Notes: generated by a model not told the origin, from the letters alone. Numbered from the stretch's first letter, positions 37,365-45,875 are shown. The stretch is 64,000 nt of DNA from a bacterium (GCA_030699935.1 JAUYKS010000002.1:81-64080), one strand, 5' to 3'. Made by a program: numbers and translations.

Positions 37365-39275
37365 TTAGACTGGCGGTTTCCGACGGGCGCGGCCCTCACG
37401 GCTGTCGACCGCGGACTTCGATTTGCCCTTCGACGCACCCTTCGACTTTTTCCGCGGCGCGGTTTCCTCCAGCGTCAACGCGGTCTGGATGATCGCGATG
37501 TGCGTGTACGCCTGCGGGAAGTTCCCAGTGAGCTCGCCGGTGGCGGGGTCGATGTTCTCCGAGAACAGGCCCAAGTGGTTGGCGTGCTCCAGGATCAGCT
37601 CGAACCGGCGCCGCGCCTCGTCGTATTCGCCCTGCATTGCCAGCACCTGGGCCAGCCAGAGATTGCAGATGATCATCGCCGCCTTGGTCTCGCCCTGGTC
37701 GTCGACCATGTTGTAGCGCCGGATGAAGTCCCCGCTGGAAAGCTCCTTGATGATCCGCTTTACCGTCTTCTTCATCTTCGGATCCTTGGCGCTCAGGAAC
37801 CCGAACAGCGGCATGTGCAGGATCGCCGCGTCCATCTCGTCGCGCTCGTAGGCGATCGTGAACGACTGCTTCTCCTTGTTCCAGCCGTGGGTCATCACGT
37901 CGTCGTGGATCTCGTCGCGGACCTTTTCCCAGCGCTTCGCCTTCTCGTCGTCCTTCATCCGTCGCGCCAGCCGGACGCCACGATCGACCGCCACCCAGGC
38001 CTGCACCTTCGAAGCGGTGTAGTTGAGCTTGAACTTCTCGTCGTAGAGCTCCCAGATACCGTTGTCGGGTTCCCTCCAGAACTTGCAGATCACCTCGACC
38101 AGGTCGGACAGCGTGCTCCACATGTCCGGCGAGAGGTAGTGCTTCTCCTCGAAGACGACCGCCGCGATGTCGATCACCTCGCCGAAGGCGTCCAGCTGCA
38201 ACTGGTTGGCGGCGCGGTTGCCGACCCGCACCGGCACGCTGTTCTTGTATCCGGCCAGGTGGTCGAGCTCGAGCTCGGTCATCTCCTCGGTGCCGTCGAC
38301 GCGGTACATGATCTGGATCTCCGGGCTGCCGTGCGAGATCGTCTCGCGCAGGAAGTGCATGAACGCCAGCGCCTCGGCGAACAGCCCGACCCGGAACAGC
38401 GCGTCCACCGTGAACGAGGCGTCGCGCAGCCAGCAGTAGCGGTAGTCCCAGGTGCGGTTGGTGCCGATGTCCTCCGGAATGGAAGTCGTGGCGGCCGCCA
38501 CCACGGCGCCGGACGGCGCGTAGGTCAGGAGCTTGAGCGCCAAGGCCGAGCGCTTCACCGGCTCGAGGTACGGGCCGCTGTACTCGAGCTTCCACAGCCA
38601 CTGCCGCCAGAAGTGCGTCGTCTTGTCGAGCACCTCCGAGTTGTCGACGTTCCCGTCGAACTGCGAGACGTCGAAAAGGTTCTTGCGGTAACCGAGCACG
38701 AGGTCGATCGTCTCGCCCTCCTTCATGGCGAATACCTTCGCGAGGTGGTCGGACTTCTCCTCGTAGGCGTCCACCAGCGGGGCGCTGCAGGAAAGGATGA
38801 AGGTCTGGCCCTCGCCGCGGGCCAGCCAGACGCCGCTGCGGAACTCGAACTTCGGCTTGGTGCGCGCGTAGTCGAAGGCCGGCTCCATGATCATCTCGAC
38901 GTCGGCTTTGCCGCGGATCACCTTCACGCGGCGGCAGAGACGCTGCAGGGGGCGGGTGCGGTACGGTTCGGCGAAGATCGGCATGAAGTCGGTGACCTCG
39001 ACCTCGGCCTCGTCCGAGACGAAGCTGGTCACCAGGATGTTGGTGTCCTCGAGGTAGTTCTGCTTCGACCAGAACTTGGTGCCGACCGGCTTCAGCGAGA
39101 AGAAGCCACCCTGCTTGGCGTCGAGCATCCGGCCGAACGCGGACGGCGAATCGAACCGCGGGAAACAGAACCAGTCGATGCTGGCGTCCTTGCTGACCAG
39201 CGCCGCCGTCTCGCAGTTGCCGATGATGCCGTAATCGAGGCCGGCCGTCGTCTGTGCCTTTTTGGTCTTAGCCAT
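37365..39275 (-). CDS. Glycoside hydrolase family 15 (glucoamylase/trehalase-like)
   Basis: YGIIGNCETAALV, AAATTSIPE, WDYRYCWLRD, QLDAFGE, GLFSE, GNFPQAYTH. Confidence 0.95.
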   Translation of the reverse strand: MAKTKKAQTTAGLDYGIIGNCETAALVSKDASIDWFCFPRFDSPSAFGRMLDAKQGGFFSLKPVGTKFWSKQNYLEDTNILVTSFVSDEAEVEVTDFMPIFAEPYRTRPLQRLCRRVKVIRGKADVEMIMEPAFDYARTKPKFEFRSGVWLARGEGQTFILSCSAPLVDAYEEKSDHLAKVFAMKEGETIDLVLGYRKNLFDVSQFDGNVDNSEVLDKTTHFWRQWLWKLEYSGPYLEPVKRSALALKLLTYAPSGAVVAAATTSIPEDIGTNRTWDYRYCWLRDASFTVDALFRVGLFAEALAFMHFLRETISHGSPEIQIMYRVDGTEEMTELELDHLAGYKNSVPVRVGNRAANQLQLDAFGEVIDIAAVVFEEKHYLSPDMWSTLSDLVEVICKFWREPDNGIWELYDEKFKLNYTASKVQAWVAVDRGVRLARRMKDDEKAKRWEKVRDEIHDDVMTHGWNKEKQSFTIAYERDEMDAAILHMPLFGFLSAKDPKMKKTVKRIIKELSSGDFIRRYNMVDDQGETKAAMIICNLWLAQVLAMQGEYDEARRRFELILEHANHLGLFSENIDPATGELTGNFPQAYTHIAIIQTALTLEETAPRKKSKGASKGKSKSAVDSREGRARRKPPV

Positions 39276-39321
39276 ACCGCGCTATGTTACCGCGAAGCCG
39301 CGGTTGATTAGAAGCACCCAA

Positions 39322-40650
39322 TCATTGTCTGATCAACGCTAGCACCTCGTCGCGCTTGGCTTCCATCAATGCCTGTGACTTCGCCTCGAGGGTGAGGCGG
39401 ACCAGGGGTTGGGTGTCGGACGGGCGCACCACGAAATGCCAATCGGGGTAGCGGACGGCAAGTCCCGAAAGCTCGCTGTAAACGGCGTCACCATGGATCT
39501 GACGCACCCTATCCAGTACCGCGGCAGGATTCTCAACTTTGGAATTGATTTCACCTGAAAGGTAATACTTCCCCTCGAACTCCTTGACCTTCTCTGACAG
39601 GAGACCGTCGAGCAGGCTTACATATTGCAACATGGTCAGCCCGGCCAGGAGGCCCGAGTCGGCGTACCAGAAGTCCTTGAAGTAGAAGTGTCCCGACACC
39701 TCGCCGCCGAAGACGATCTTGTGTTTTGCCATTTCTTCTTTTATGTAGACGTGGCCCGGCTTCCAGATGTGCGGGATGCCGCCGTGGGCTTTGATCGTAT
39801 CGGGGACCGCATCGGAGGCGCGCACGTCGTAAAGAATTTCCGCGCCGGAATTCTTGTGCAATTGGGCGATGGCTAAGAGCGCTGTCATCCAATCGCCCGG
39901 CACTGCCATGCCCCGATCGTCCACGGCCAGGCAGCGGTCGCCGTCGGGATCGAAGATCAGGCCGAGGTCGGCGCCGGTCTCCTTGACCTTGGCCTCGAGC
40001 ATCTCCTTGCTCTCGGGTTGGATGACGTCATTGATGTGGTTTGGGAAGTTACCGTCCGGTTCAAAGCAGAGTTCGATCGTTTCTATCGGCAACCGCGCCT
40101 CGAGTTTGCGCCACACGGCACCTTGCGCACCGTTGCTGGTGTCGACCACCACCTTGAGCGGCTTGATCGTGTCCGGCGGCACCAGTTCCAATGCCTTATG
40201 GATGAATGCGTCAGTGACGGACTCCTTGGTGACGGAGCCGGTCGTCTTCGCGTCGGGGTAGGTCGGGCCGATTACCTTGGCGTAGAACTCCTTCGCGAGC
40301 AGGAAGTAGGGGAAGTCCCGCACCATCTTGAACCCGTTGTCCTTGGCCGCATTGTGCGAGGCGGTCACCATGATTCCGGGCAGGTCCTTGGAGCCGCAGG
40401 CGAAGTAGAATTCGTCGGTCGAGACTTGGCCGATGTCGACCACGTCGACGCCGGATTTGGTCAACCCGGTGACGACGGCCTGGCGGAATTCCGGGCCGGT
40501 CAAGCGGACGTCCCGTCCGACGACGGCCGTCTTCGGCTTCACTTCGGCCGCGAAGGCACGGCCGACTTGTTCGGCCGCCTCGGCGTCCAGTTGGTCGGGG
40601 ACGACTCCCCGGATGTCGTACGCTTTGAATATTTCTTTTGCCGCGCGCAT
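39322..40650 (-). CDS. Phosphomannomutase/phosphoglucomutase
   Basis: IFKAYDIRG, TASHN, FDPDGDR, GGEVSGH, RPSDTQP. Confidence 0.95.
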   Translation of the reverse strand: MRAAKEIFKAYDIRGVVPDQLDAEAAEQVGRAFAAEVKPKTAVVGRDVRLTGPEFRQAVVTGLTKSGVDVVDIGQVSTDEFYFACGSKDLPGIMVTASHNAAKDNGFKMVRDFPYFLLAKEFYAKVIGPTYPDAKTTGSVTKESVTDAFIHKALELVPPDTIKPLKVVVDTSNGAQGAVWRKLEARLPIETIELCFEPDGNFPNHINDVIQPESKEMLEAKVKETGADLGLIFDPDGDRCLAVDDRGMAVPGDWMTALLAIAQLHKNSGAEILYDVRASDAVPDTIKAHGGIPHIWKPGHVYIKEEMAKHKIVFGGEVSGHFYFKDFWYADSGLLAGLTMLQYVSLLDGLLSEKVKEFEGKYYLSGEINSKVENPAAVLDRVRQIHGDAVYSELSGLAVRYPDWHFVVRPSDTQPLVRLTLEAKSQALMEAKRDEVLALIRQ

Positions 40651-40690
40651 GAACGCATTGTATCAGCCGGTAGTAATCAGATAAAACCGC

Positions 40691-40719
40691 TTGACAAAGC
40701 GGATTATTGAGCATATCGT
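40691..40719 (+). promoter_or_regulatory. Sigma70 promoter
   Basis: TTGACA-17-TATCGT upstream of the ORF at 40745 (SD GGAGG). Confidence 0.6.
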
Positions 40720-40744
40720 CACTAGCTAACGTTCTGGGAGGGAC

Positions 40745-41146
40745 ATGAAGCGAGACATCATCAGGAAGCGAAAATTCCGGCAGACACCGTTCGAGGTAAG
40801 CAGCGCGTATGTGCGCCAGCATCTCGTCGGCTTGCTCCGGCTGACGGAGGAACTCCGCGTCGGCTACGAGACGTATCCGCGCCTGCAGGCGGTCGTCGAT
40901 CGGGAGGCCTGGGAGCAGCTCACCGACGTGCCGTACCGGCAGTTGCTCGATCTCAACCTGCACCCCCGCGACCGGGCGCTCCGCGACGCGGCGGCCAAGA
41001 ACATTCTGCGGCTCGAGGACCTGGCGGCATCGCTGCTGGTGCGCGATCGCTCCGGACTCAACGATTCCGTCACCCGCGTGCTCCGCTACCGGATCGAGAA
41101 CGGGCTGGCGACCGCTGACGCAGCGACCAGAGAGGACCGGGGATGA
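40745..41146 (+). CDS. Hypothetical protein
   Basis: 133-aa ORF with promoter, SD and GC3-rich codon usage. Confidence 0.7.
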   Translation: MKRDIIRKRKFRQTPFEVSSAYVRQHLVGLLRLTEELRVGYETYPRLQAVVDREAWEQLTDVPYRQLLDLNLHPRDRALRDAAAKNILRLEDLAASLLVRDRSGLNDSVTRVLRYRIENGLATADAATREDRG

Positions 41147-41292
41147 ACTTCATCGTCAAGGAGTACGATCCGATCGAGGACGCGCTGCAACGGTTCCTTA
41201 AGTTCAACGCCACGCCTGCGCACGAGCGGGAAATCAGCGAGGACGATCTGATCTCGCTGGTCGTCCATCGCGTCAAGAACGCCGGGCGCTAA
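41143..41292 (+). CDS. Small hypothetical protein, 49 aa (not in the ORF track)
   Basis: ATGA coupling with the upstream gene, SD GAGGA; MNFIVKEYDPIEDALQRFLKFNATPAHEREISEDDLISLVVHRVKNAGR*. Confidence 0.55.
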   Translation: MNFIVKEYDPIEDALQRFLKFNATPAHEREISEDDLISLVVHRVKNAGR

Positions 41293-41347
41293 GCGTTGAC
41301 GCTGAGCGTTGAGGGCTAGTTTTTAGGTGAGGATTCCGGTGCTCTTT

Positions 41348-41452
41348 CCGGGATTCTGCGGGGGGGTCCGTACACCTTTTTCGTTACTTCCAAACATCTG
41401 CAATCTTTTGCAGATCTTTTGCAGATTCTCGGAAGTAAGCAAAAAGAAGTAT
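41348..41452. repeat. AT-rich long imperfect palindrome, copy 2
   Basis: Same orientation and near-identical to 10428-10531 (a handful of substitutions). Confidence 0.92.
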
Positions 41453-41546
41453 AGGATTTCCGGAGGTCCTCCGAACGACCTCCGAAGGGCTTCGGGGCGA
41501 GGAACCTTCGAAAAAACCTCGAAGCTGCCCCCACTCCCTCCCTAAA

Positions 41547-42473
41547 CTAATTGAGCAACTCGCACTCGGCGGCCGAGCCAGTGACCTTCCGCATCCCGGA
41601 CGGCCCGCCTTCGATCCGCTTGCCGCGTTCGCGTTCGAGATCGGCGCAGATCGCGTACCGGGATCCGTCGGAAACGTAGTAATAGTCGCGGGCGTCGGGA
41701 ACCGGATCATCGAGGAACGTCTTCAAGTATCCGTCCAGTGACCGGACGAGTTTGCTGTCAGCGGAAACTGGCCAGACCGAAACCTGCTTCGGGTACGCGC
41801 CCTTGTCGGAGACGTAGCGGGCCAGCGCGGCGCGGTAAGTGGTCAGGTCGCGCTCGCGGGCCACGTCGTTCCGGGCGGAGAAGGCTTCCGCGTCGAGCGA
41901 GATCAACGCCACGGAGATGACACCGAAGTTCGTCTCGGCGCCACGGAGCTCGCGGTCGTTCTTCCAACTGAGTGAAATCGTCGATTCGCCGGCCGGGACC
42001 TCCACCTCGCGCTGGAACACCCACGGCGATTTCCCGCCGGTCACCAGCGAGACCGTCCGTCCGGCGATTTTCCGGCCGTTCAGCAGCACGTCGACGTCGT
42101 ATTCGTATCCCGGCGGCAGCGTGCCCTGGTAGTTCCGGTAGTCGAAACGGAGCTTGTAGCGTCCGGCGTCGAGACTGTTGGAGCGGAAGGTCACCGTGTA
42201 GTTTTTCTTCGCGAAGACGCCGAGGTCGTCGTCGACGCTGACGCAGTCGGAGCCGTCGACCACGTGGCAGTCGAGGAAGTAGCGGCCGGGTGCCGACCAG
42301 GACTTCTGGTCGGACAGCGTCGGCTCGGCGCCTGGCTCGTACTCGCCGCTGGAGGCGAACACCTGGATCGACGCGATCAACGCGAAAGCCGCCAGCGCCG
42401 CCCAAGTGAACGTACCGAGACGGATGCTTCGGAGCTTGTCGTACGGCTTGAATGCCTTCCGCGGTGTTTCCAT
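41547..42473 (-). CDS. Exported protein with beta-sandwich (CBM-like) region and C-terminal pseudopilin/T2SS-G-like domain
   Basis: N-terminal TM; C-terminal ARND..R..DL.....AL..Y..DKG.YP...YL.....DP....Y.Y......Y.ICA.LE. Confidence 0.6.
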   Translation of the reverse strand: METPRKAFKPYDKLRSIRLGTFTWAALAAFALIASIQVFASSGEYEPGAEPTLSDQKSWSAPGRYFLDCHVVDGSDCVSVDDDLGVFAKKNYTVTFRSNSLDAGRYKLRFDYRNYQGTLPPGYEYDVDVLLNGRKIAGRTVSLVTGGKSPWVFQREVEVPAGESTISLSWKNDRELRGAETNFGVISVALISLDAEAFSARNDVARERDLTTYRAALARYVSDKGAYPKQVSVWPVSADSKLVRSLDGYLKTFLDDPVPDARDYYYVSDGSRYAICADLERERGKRIEGGPSGMRKVTGSAAECELLN

Positions 42474-42594
42474 GTTTCTTTTGATATCTTTCCGTCGCTT
42501 CGAGTGTACCGCTTCGCGAGGAAATTACCGAAGCATACCACTTTTTGGCCTATTTGTCCAGGGTCTAAGCGGTTTTTTATCGTCAGACAATCTG

Positions 42595-42681
42595 CGGAGG
42601 AGGAGGGATTCGAACCCCCGAGACCCTTGCGGGCCTAACGGTTTTCGAGACCGCCCCATTCGACCGCTCTGGCACTCCTCC
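42595..42681 (-). tRNA. tRNA-Ser(CGA)
   Basis: GGAGGAGTGCCAGAGCGGTCGAATGGGGCGGTCTCGAAAACCG...GGTTCGAATCCCTCCTCCTCCG; long variable arm. Confidence 0.95.
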
Positions 42682-42716
42682 GAGTATTCTTATGATACTT
42701 CAGCGAAGCGTACGCG

Positions 42717-43094
42717 CTAAATGGTAGTGGCGGCAGTGGTTGTCTGCGAAAGTTTTTCGATTACACCCTGAGCCGTTCGCAGGGCTGCGTCCCGGGTATC
42801 GCTATGGTCGATGCCGATGCCCAGCAATTCGACTGCTAAGCCATCGAATTCAGTCTGGCGAGCAAGCGTGGGTATAGCAGCAATCGCTTCTAGTCGGCGC
42901 TCCGTACTCACGTCACCGTTTTTGAGTATTGCTTTCAAGGCTGAGTAAGTACCCATGGGATCGGATTCGATCATCAGGTCACGTTCTTCGGCCCATTCAT
43001 ATGCAGCTTCAGGATAGGCATATGCTTCGCCATCCATCTCGAGTCTCGTTCCCTCAGACAAATGTTGACTGAACTCGTTTTCGAAAGCGCTCAT
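42717..43094 (-). CDS. Hypothetical acidic protein
   Basis: 125-aa ORF filling the gap between tRNAs; lower GC. Confidence 0.55.
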   Translation of the reverse strand: MSAFENEFSQHLSEGTRLEMDGEAYAYPEAAYEWAEERDLMIESDPMGTYSALKAILKNGDVSTERRLEAIAAIPTLARQTEFDGLAVELLGIGIDHSDTRDAALRTAQGVIEKLSQTTTAATTI

Positions 43095-43113
43095 GGATTT
43101 ATCATACTATGTG

Positions 43114-43186
43114 CGTCCCCGGAGAGATTCGAACTCCCGACACCTGGCTCCGGAAGCCAGTGCTCTATCCACTGAGCTACGGGGAC
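43114..43186 (-). tRNA. tRNA-Arg(CCG)
   Basis: GTCCCCGTAGCTCAGTGGATAGAGCACTGGCTTCCGGAGCCAGG...GTTCGAATCTCTCCGGGGACG. Confidence 0.95.
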
Positions 43187-43209
43187 GTGGATTCGGCTAA
43201 CGCCGAATG

Positions 43210-43282
43210 CGCGCCTGGCAGGATTCGAACCTGCGACTTCCGGCTCCGCAAGCCGACGCTCTATCCACTGAGCTACAGGCGC
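43210..43282 (-). tRNA. tRNA-Arg(GCG)
   Basis: GCGCCTGTAGCTCAGTGGATAGAGCGTCGGCTTGCGGAGCCGG...GGTTCGAATCCTGCCAGGCGCG. Confidence 0.93.
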
Positions 43283-43308
43283 ATCTGCGACACCCGTCAA
43301 TTGTACGA

Positions 43309-43881
43309 CTAAGCGCGGCCTGCTTCCCAATCCGACTTGAGCAGACCGTAGTATTTACTATCCCGGTATTTCTCTTTGAAGTAATGATCTTGCCGCCGGG
43401 TACCTTCGTACTTCATGCCAAGCCGTTCCATCAGCCTCCAAGAAGGTTCGTTCGAAACGTCGCAACCTGCTTCGATACGATGCAGCCCGAGTACCGTGAA
43501 TGCGTGTCGAATCATCGCCTCACTGGCCTCGGTCCCGTACCCTTCTCGATGAAAATCAGGAGATAGCGAGTATCCGAGTTCCGCCTTGTGATTTTCCGCG
43601 TCCATATGCAGATCAAAGACCCCGATTACCTTGCCGTCCTCCTTTAGTTCAACGGCGTAAATCAGATCTCCTTTATCCACCTTGGACGGTATCTCTTCTG
43701 TCAGCCAGCGCAGGCTCTCCGCTTCATTCTTGTGAGGTTCCCATGGCAGGAATTTCGATACTTCCGGCCTTCGCGCGTAATCGAACACGTCCGGTGCATC
43801 GCCGGCTTGGACAGGCCGAAGCAGCAACCGCTTCGTTTCTAGGGGCGTTATCTCAAAGCGCTCTGGCGGTGTTTCACTCAT
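43309..43881 (-). CDS. GNAT N-acetyltransferase (RimJ/RimL family)
   Basis: LETKRLLLRP, AELGY.L......GYGTEA, N..S.RL.ERLGM..EG. Confidence 0.9.
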   Translation of the reverse strand: MSETPPERFEITPLETKRLLLRPVQAGDAPDVFDYARRPEVSKFLPWEPHKNEAESLRWLTEEIPSKVDKGDLIYAVELKEDGKVIGVFDLHMDAENHKAELGYSLSPDFHREGYGTEASEAMIRHAFTVLGLHRIEAGCDVSNEPSWRLMERLGMKYEGTRRQDHYFKEKYRDSKYYGLLKSDWEAGRA

Positions 43882-44477
43882 GTGGTTTCTTTTTCGTATT
43901 CGCTGCGCAGCAGGGAGTACATGTAGACGGTCGCCGGTTCGTCATCGACGATCCAGTATTGCCGCAGCTTGCCTTCGCGGGAAAATCCCAAGGCTTCCAA
44001 GCTTCGTTGGGACCGCGCGTTGGTGGTTCGGGTCATCGCTTGGACGCGGTTAAGCCCGAGCGCCCCAAAAGCGAAATCCAATACCGCCCGGGCAGCCTCC
44101 GCGCCGAATCCCTTGCCGCGCGCTTCCGCAACCAAACCTCGCGCCAACTCACCGCTCTGATTCTTCAGATCAATACTATGCAGACCGACCTCGCCCAGAA
44201 ATTTTTCGGACTCCCTGCTTTCAACAATCCATGAATAGCGACCCGGTTTGAATCCGATCTGTTTTTCAATCCGCTCCTTGATTCGTTCGCGAGTCGCTAT
44301 CTCTGATTTATAGTGGTTCGACGAACCGAAGTAGTCAGCCATTTCCGGATCCTCACTGAATTCGAAAAAGTTTTCCGCGTCCGTCGGGCGAATGTCCCGC
44401 AATCGCAGGCGGGGAGTCTCCAGTTCCGGAAACTCCGGCGGCCTCTCTTGTTCCTTCGGTTCCTCCACGCGGCTCAT
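43878..44477 (-). CDS. GNAT N-acetyltransferase (RimJ/RimL family)
   Basis: LETPRLRLR, RGKGFGAEA, N.RS...LE.LGF.REG.LR. Confidence 0.9.
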   Translation of the reverse strand: MSRVEEPKEQERPPEFPELETPRLRLRDIRPTDAENFFEFSEDPEMADYFGSSNHYKSEIATRERIKERIEKQIGFKPGRYSWIVESRESEKFLGEVGLHSIDLKNQSGELARGLVAEARGKGFGAEAARAVLDFAFGALGLNRVQAMTRTTNARSQRSLEALGFSREGKLRQYWIVDDEPATVYMYSLLRSEYEKETT

Positions 44478-44487
44478 GTCTTACAGA

Positions 44488-45003
44488 TTAGAGCCGGATC
44501 CAGCGGCTGAGCTTGTCGATGAAGTCCTCGGACTCCTTGGCCTGTTCGGCGAGGTGGTCCTTGAGCGCGTTCTGCACGGCCAACGGGTCGACGTCGGCCA
44601 GATGCACCTTGATCAACGGCTTGAACCGGCTGATGCCCTGCAGGGTCAACGTCTTGGCCGGGGGCTTGTAGATGACCCAGAACGCCTTGAGTTCGCTGAA
44701 AGGATGGAAGCGCTTGCCGACCTGGACGCCCAGCTTGGAGATCGCGATTGCCAGGGTGCGCGGCTTGTCTCCGGCGTGCTGGACGACCACGTAGGTCGCC
44801 AGCGCGAAGACTACCGCTACCAGCCACTGCTGGAGGACCAAGGCCCCCGCCACGAGCAACACTCCGGCCACCAACGCGACGGCGTACCATTTCTTGTTCC
44901 GGTCGTATTCCTCGAACTCCTTGGTTTCCCACGCCAGGATCGGCCGCTCAGAGTTCCGCGGCGCGGTCTTGGCGGGGGCGTTCGACTGCTTTTGCTTAGC
45001 CAT
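44488..45003 (-). CDS. Conserved hypothetical 2-TM protein (DUF5673-like)
   Basis: LAWETKEF....R...WY, two TM, G..VG......ELKAFW, E...DKL.RW..L. Confidence 0.7.
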   Translation of the reverse strand: MAKQKQSNAPAKTAPRNSERPILAWETKEFEEYDRNKKWYAVALVAGVLLVAGALVLQQWLVAVVFALATYVVVQHAGDKPRTLAIAISKLGVQVGKRFHPFSELKAFWVIYKPPAKTLTLQGISRFKPLIKVHLADVDPLAVQNALKDHLAEQAKESEDFIDKLSRWIRL

Positions 45004-45023
45004 GGGTTCTAAATAATTGGCTA

Positions 45024-45052
45024 ACTATAGCACTTTTTAATACGTTTGTCAA
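45024..45052 (-). promoter_or_regulatory. Sigma70 promoter for the 45003-43309 operon
   Basis: Minus strand TTGACA-17-TATAGT with extended TG. Confidence 0.7.
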
Positions 45053-45085
45053 TTATGCTTATCAATAAAGTCATCTGTCCTTTGA

Positions 45086-45114
45086 TTGACCACAACCCTT
45101 GGGGGTGCTACCAT
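45086..45114 (+). promoter_or_regulatory. Sigma70 promoter pointing at the 3' end of the PemK-like gene
   Basis: TTGACC(45086-91)-17-TACCAT(45109-14), extended TG at 45106-07; no credible + strand CDS follows. Confidence 0.65.
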
Positions 45115-45120
45115 CTTGTC

Positions 45121-45169
45121 ACAAATGGCCGTCAGGCTCGCCCCCGATTTTCGGGGGCAATTTATTTTT
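45121..45169 (+). ncRNA. Candidate ~50-nt small RNA (two hairpins plus U-tract), putative RNA antitoxin
   Basis: ACAAATG-GCC(GTCA)GGC-TC-GCCCCCGA(TTT)TCGGGGGC-AATTTATTTTT begins 7 nt after the -10 box. Confidence 0.5.
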
Positions 45170-45584
45170 CGGGCCATTTCCGCATGAGCATCCGGACGAC
45201 AATCTTACGCAAACCGGCGAAATCCTGTTTTTGCATGACGCCGCTCTTGCTGACCAAACGGCGCGAATCATACGCCCGCATCTGCGAGATCACCGCCACG
45301 CTTTCTCGTCCGACGACGTACCGGAACGGAAAGTAGTAGCGTCCACGCCGTCCGGTGGTCGATAACGGGATTCCCAAGAACAATCGCGCGTTGAATTTGC
45401 GCAGGATTACCACCGGCCGAGTGTACTCATCGTGCTTGCCGTCCTGTTCGAAACCGACGTTGACGCCGATCGCCGTCCACCAGATTTCACGCTCGTAAAA
45501 ATACCGAGCGACGACAAGGCGCTCGTTGAGTTGACGCTTACGGACATGCCAACCGTCGTAATCCTTGCGAAAGGCGGTCTCCAT
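45162..45584 (-). CDS. PemK/MazF-fold endoribonuclease toxin, no protein antitoxin adjacent
   Basis: EREIWWTAIGVNVGFEQDGK....RPVVIL.KFN.....IPLST, SQMRAYDSRRL..K.G. Confidence 0.85.
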   Translation of the reverse strand: METAFRKDYDGWHVRKRQLNERLVVARYFYEREIWWTAIGVNVGFEQDGKHDEYTRPVVILRKFNARLFLGIPLSTTGRRGRYYFPFRYVVGRESVAVISQMRAYDSRRLVSKSGVMQKQDFAGLRKIVVRMLMRKWPEK

Positions 45585-45606
45585 ATAAGCATGCTAGCAT
45601 ACGATG

Positions 45607-45696
45607 CGGAGAGGGTGGGATTCGAACCCACGCGCCGGCTGATGCCGACCTACAGGATTAGCAATCCCGCCCCTTAAGCCACTTGGGTACCTCTCC
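45607..45696 (-). tRNA. tRNA-Ser(GCT)
   Basis: GGAGAGGTACCCAAGTGGCTTAAGGGGCGGGATTGCTAATCCTG...GGTTCGAATCCCACCCTCTCCG. Confidence 0.95.
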
Positions 45697-45755
45697 GTGT
45701 GCGGTTGAGCCGCGTCGCGATGTTAACGCATCTCCAGTGTAGCTGACCTGCCCGT

Positions 45756-45784
45756 TTGATTAAGAGGAAAATTAATCATACAGT
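45756..45784 (+). promoter_or_regulatory. Promoter with overlapping inverted repeat
   Basis: TTGATT-17-TACAGT; TGATTAA-N8-TTAATCA at 45757-45778. Confidence 0.5.
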
Positions 45785-45875
45785 TGAAAGTCATCTCAAG
45801 GCCTTAACAACCCGCCTAGTCATTTCTTCACAACCCGGAAAAAGCTGCTCCCGTTACCGACAAGAAAGAGGACCG

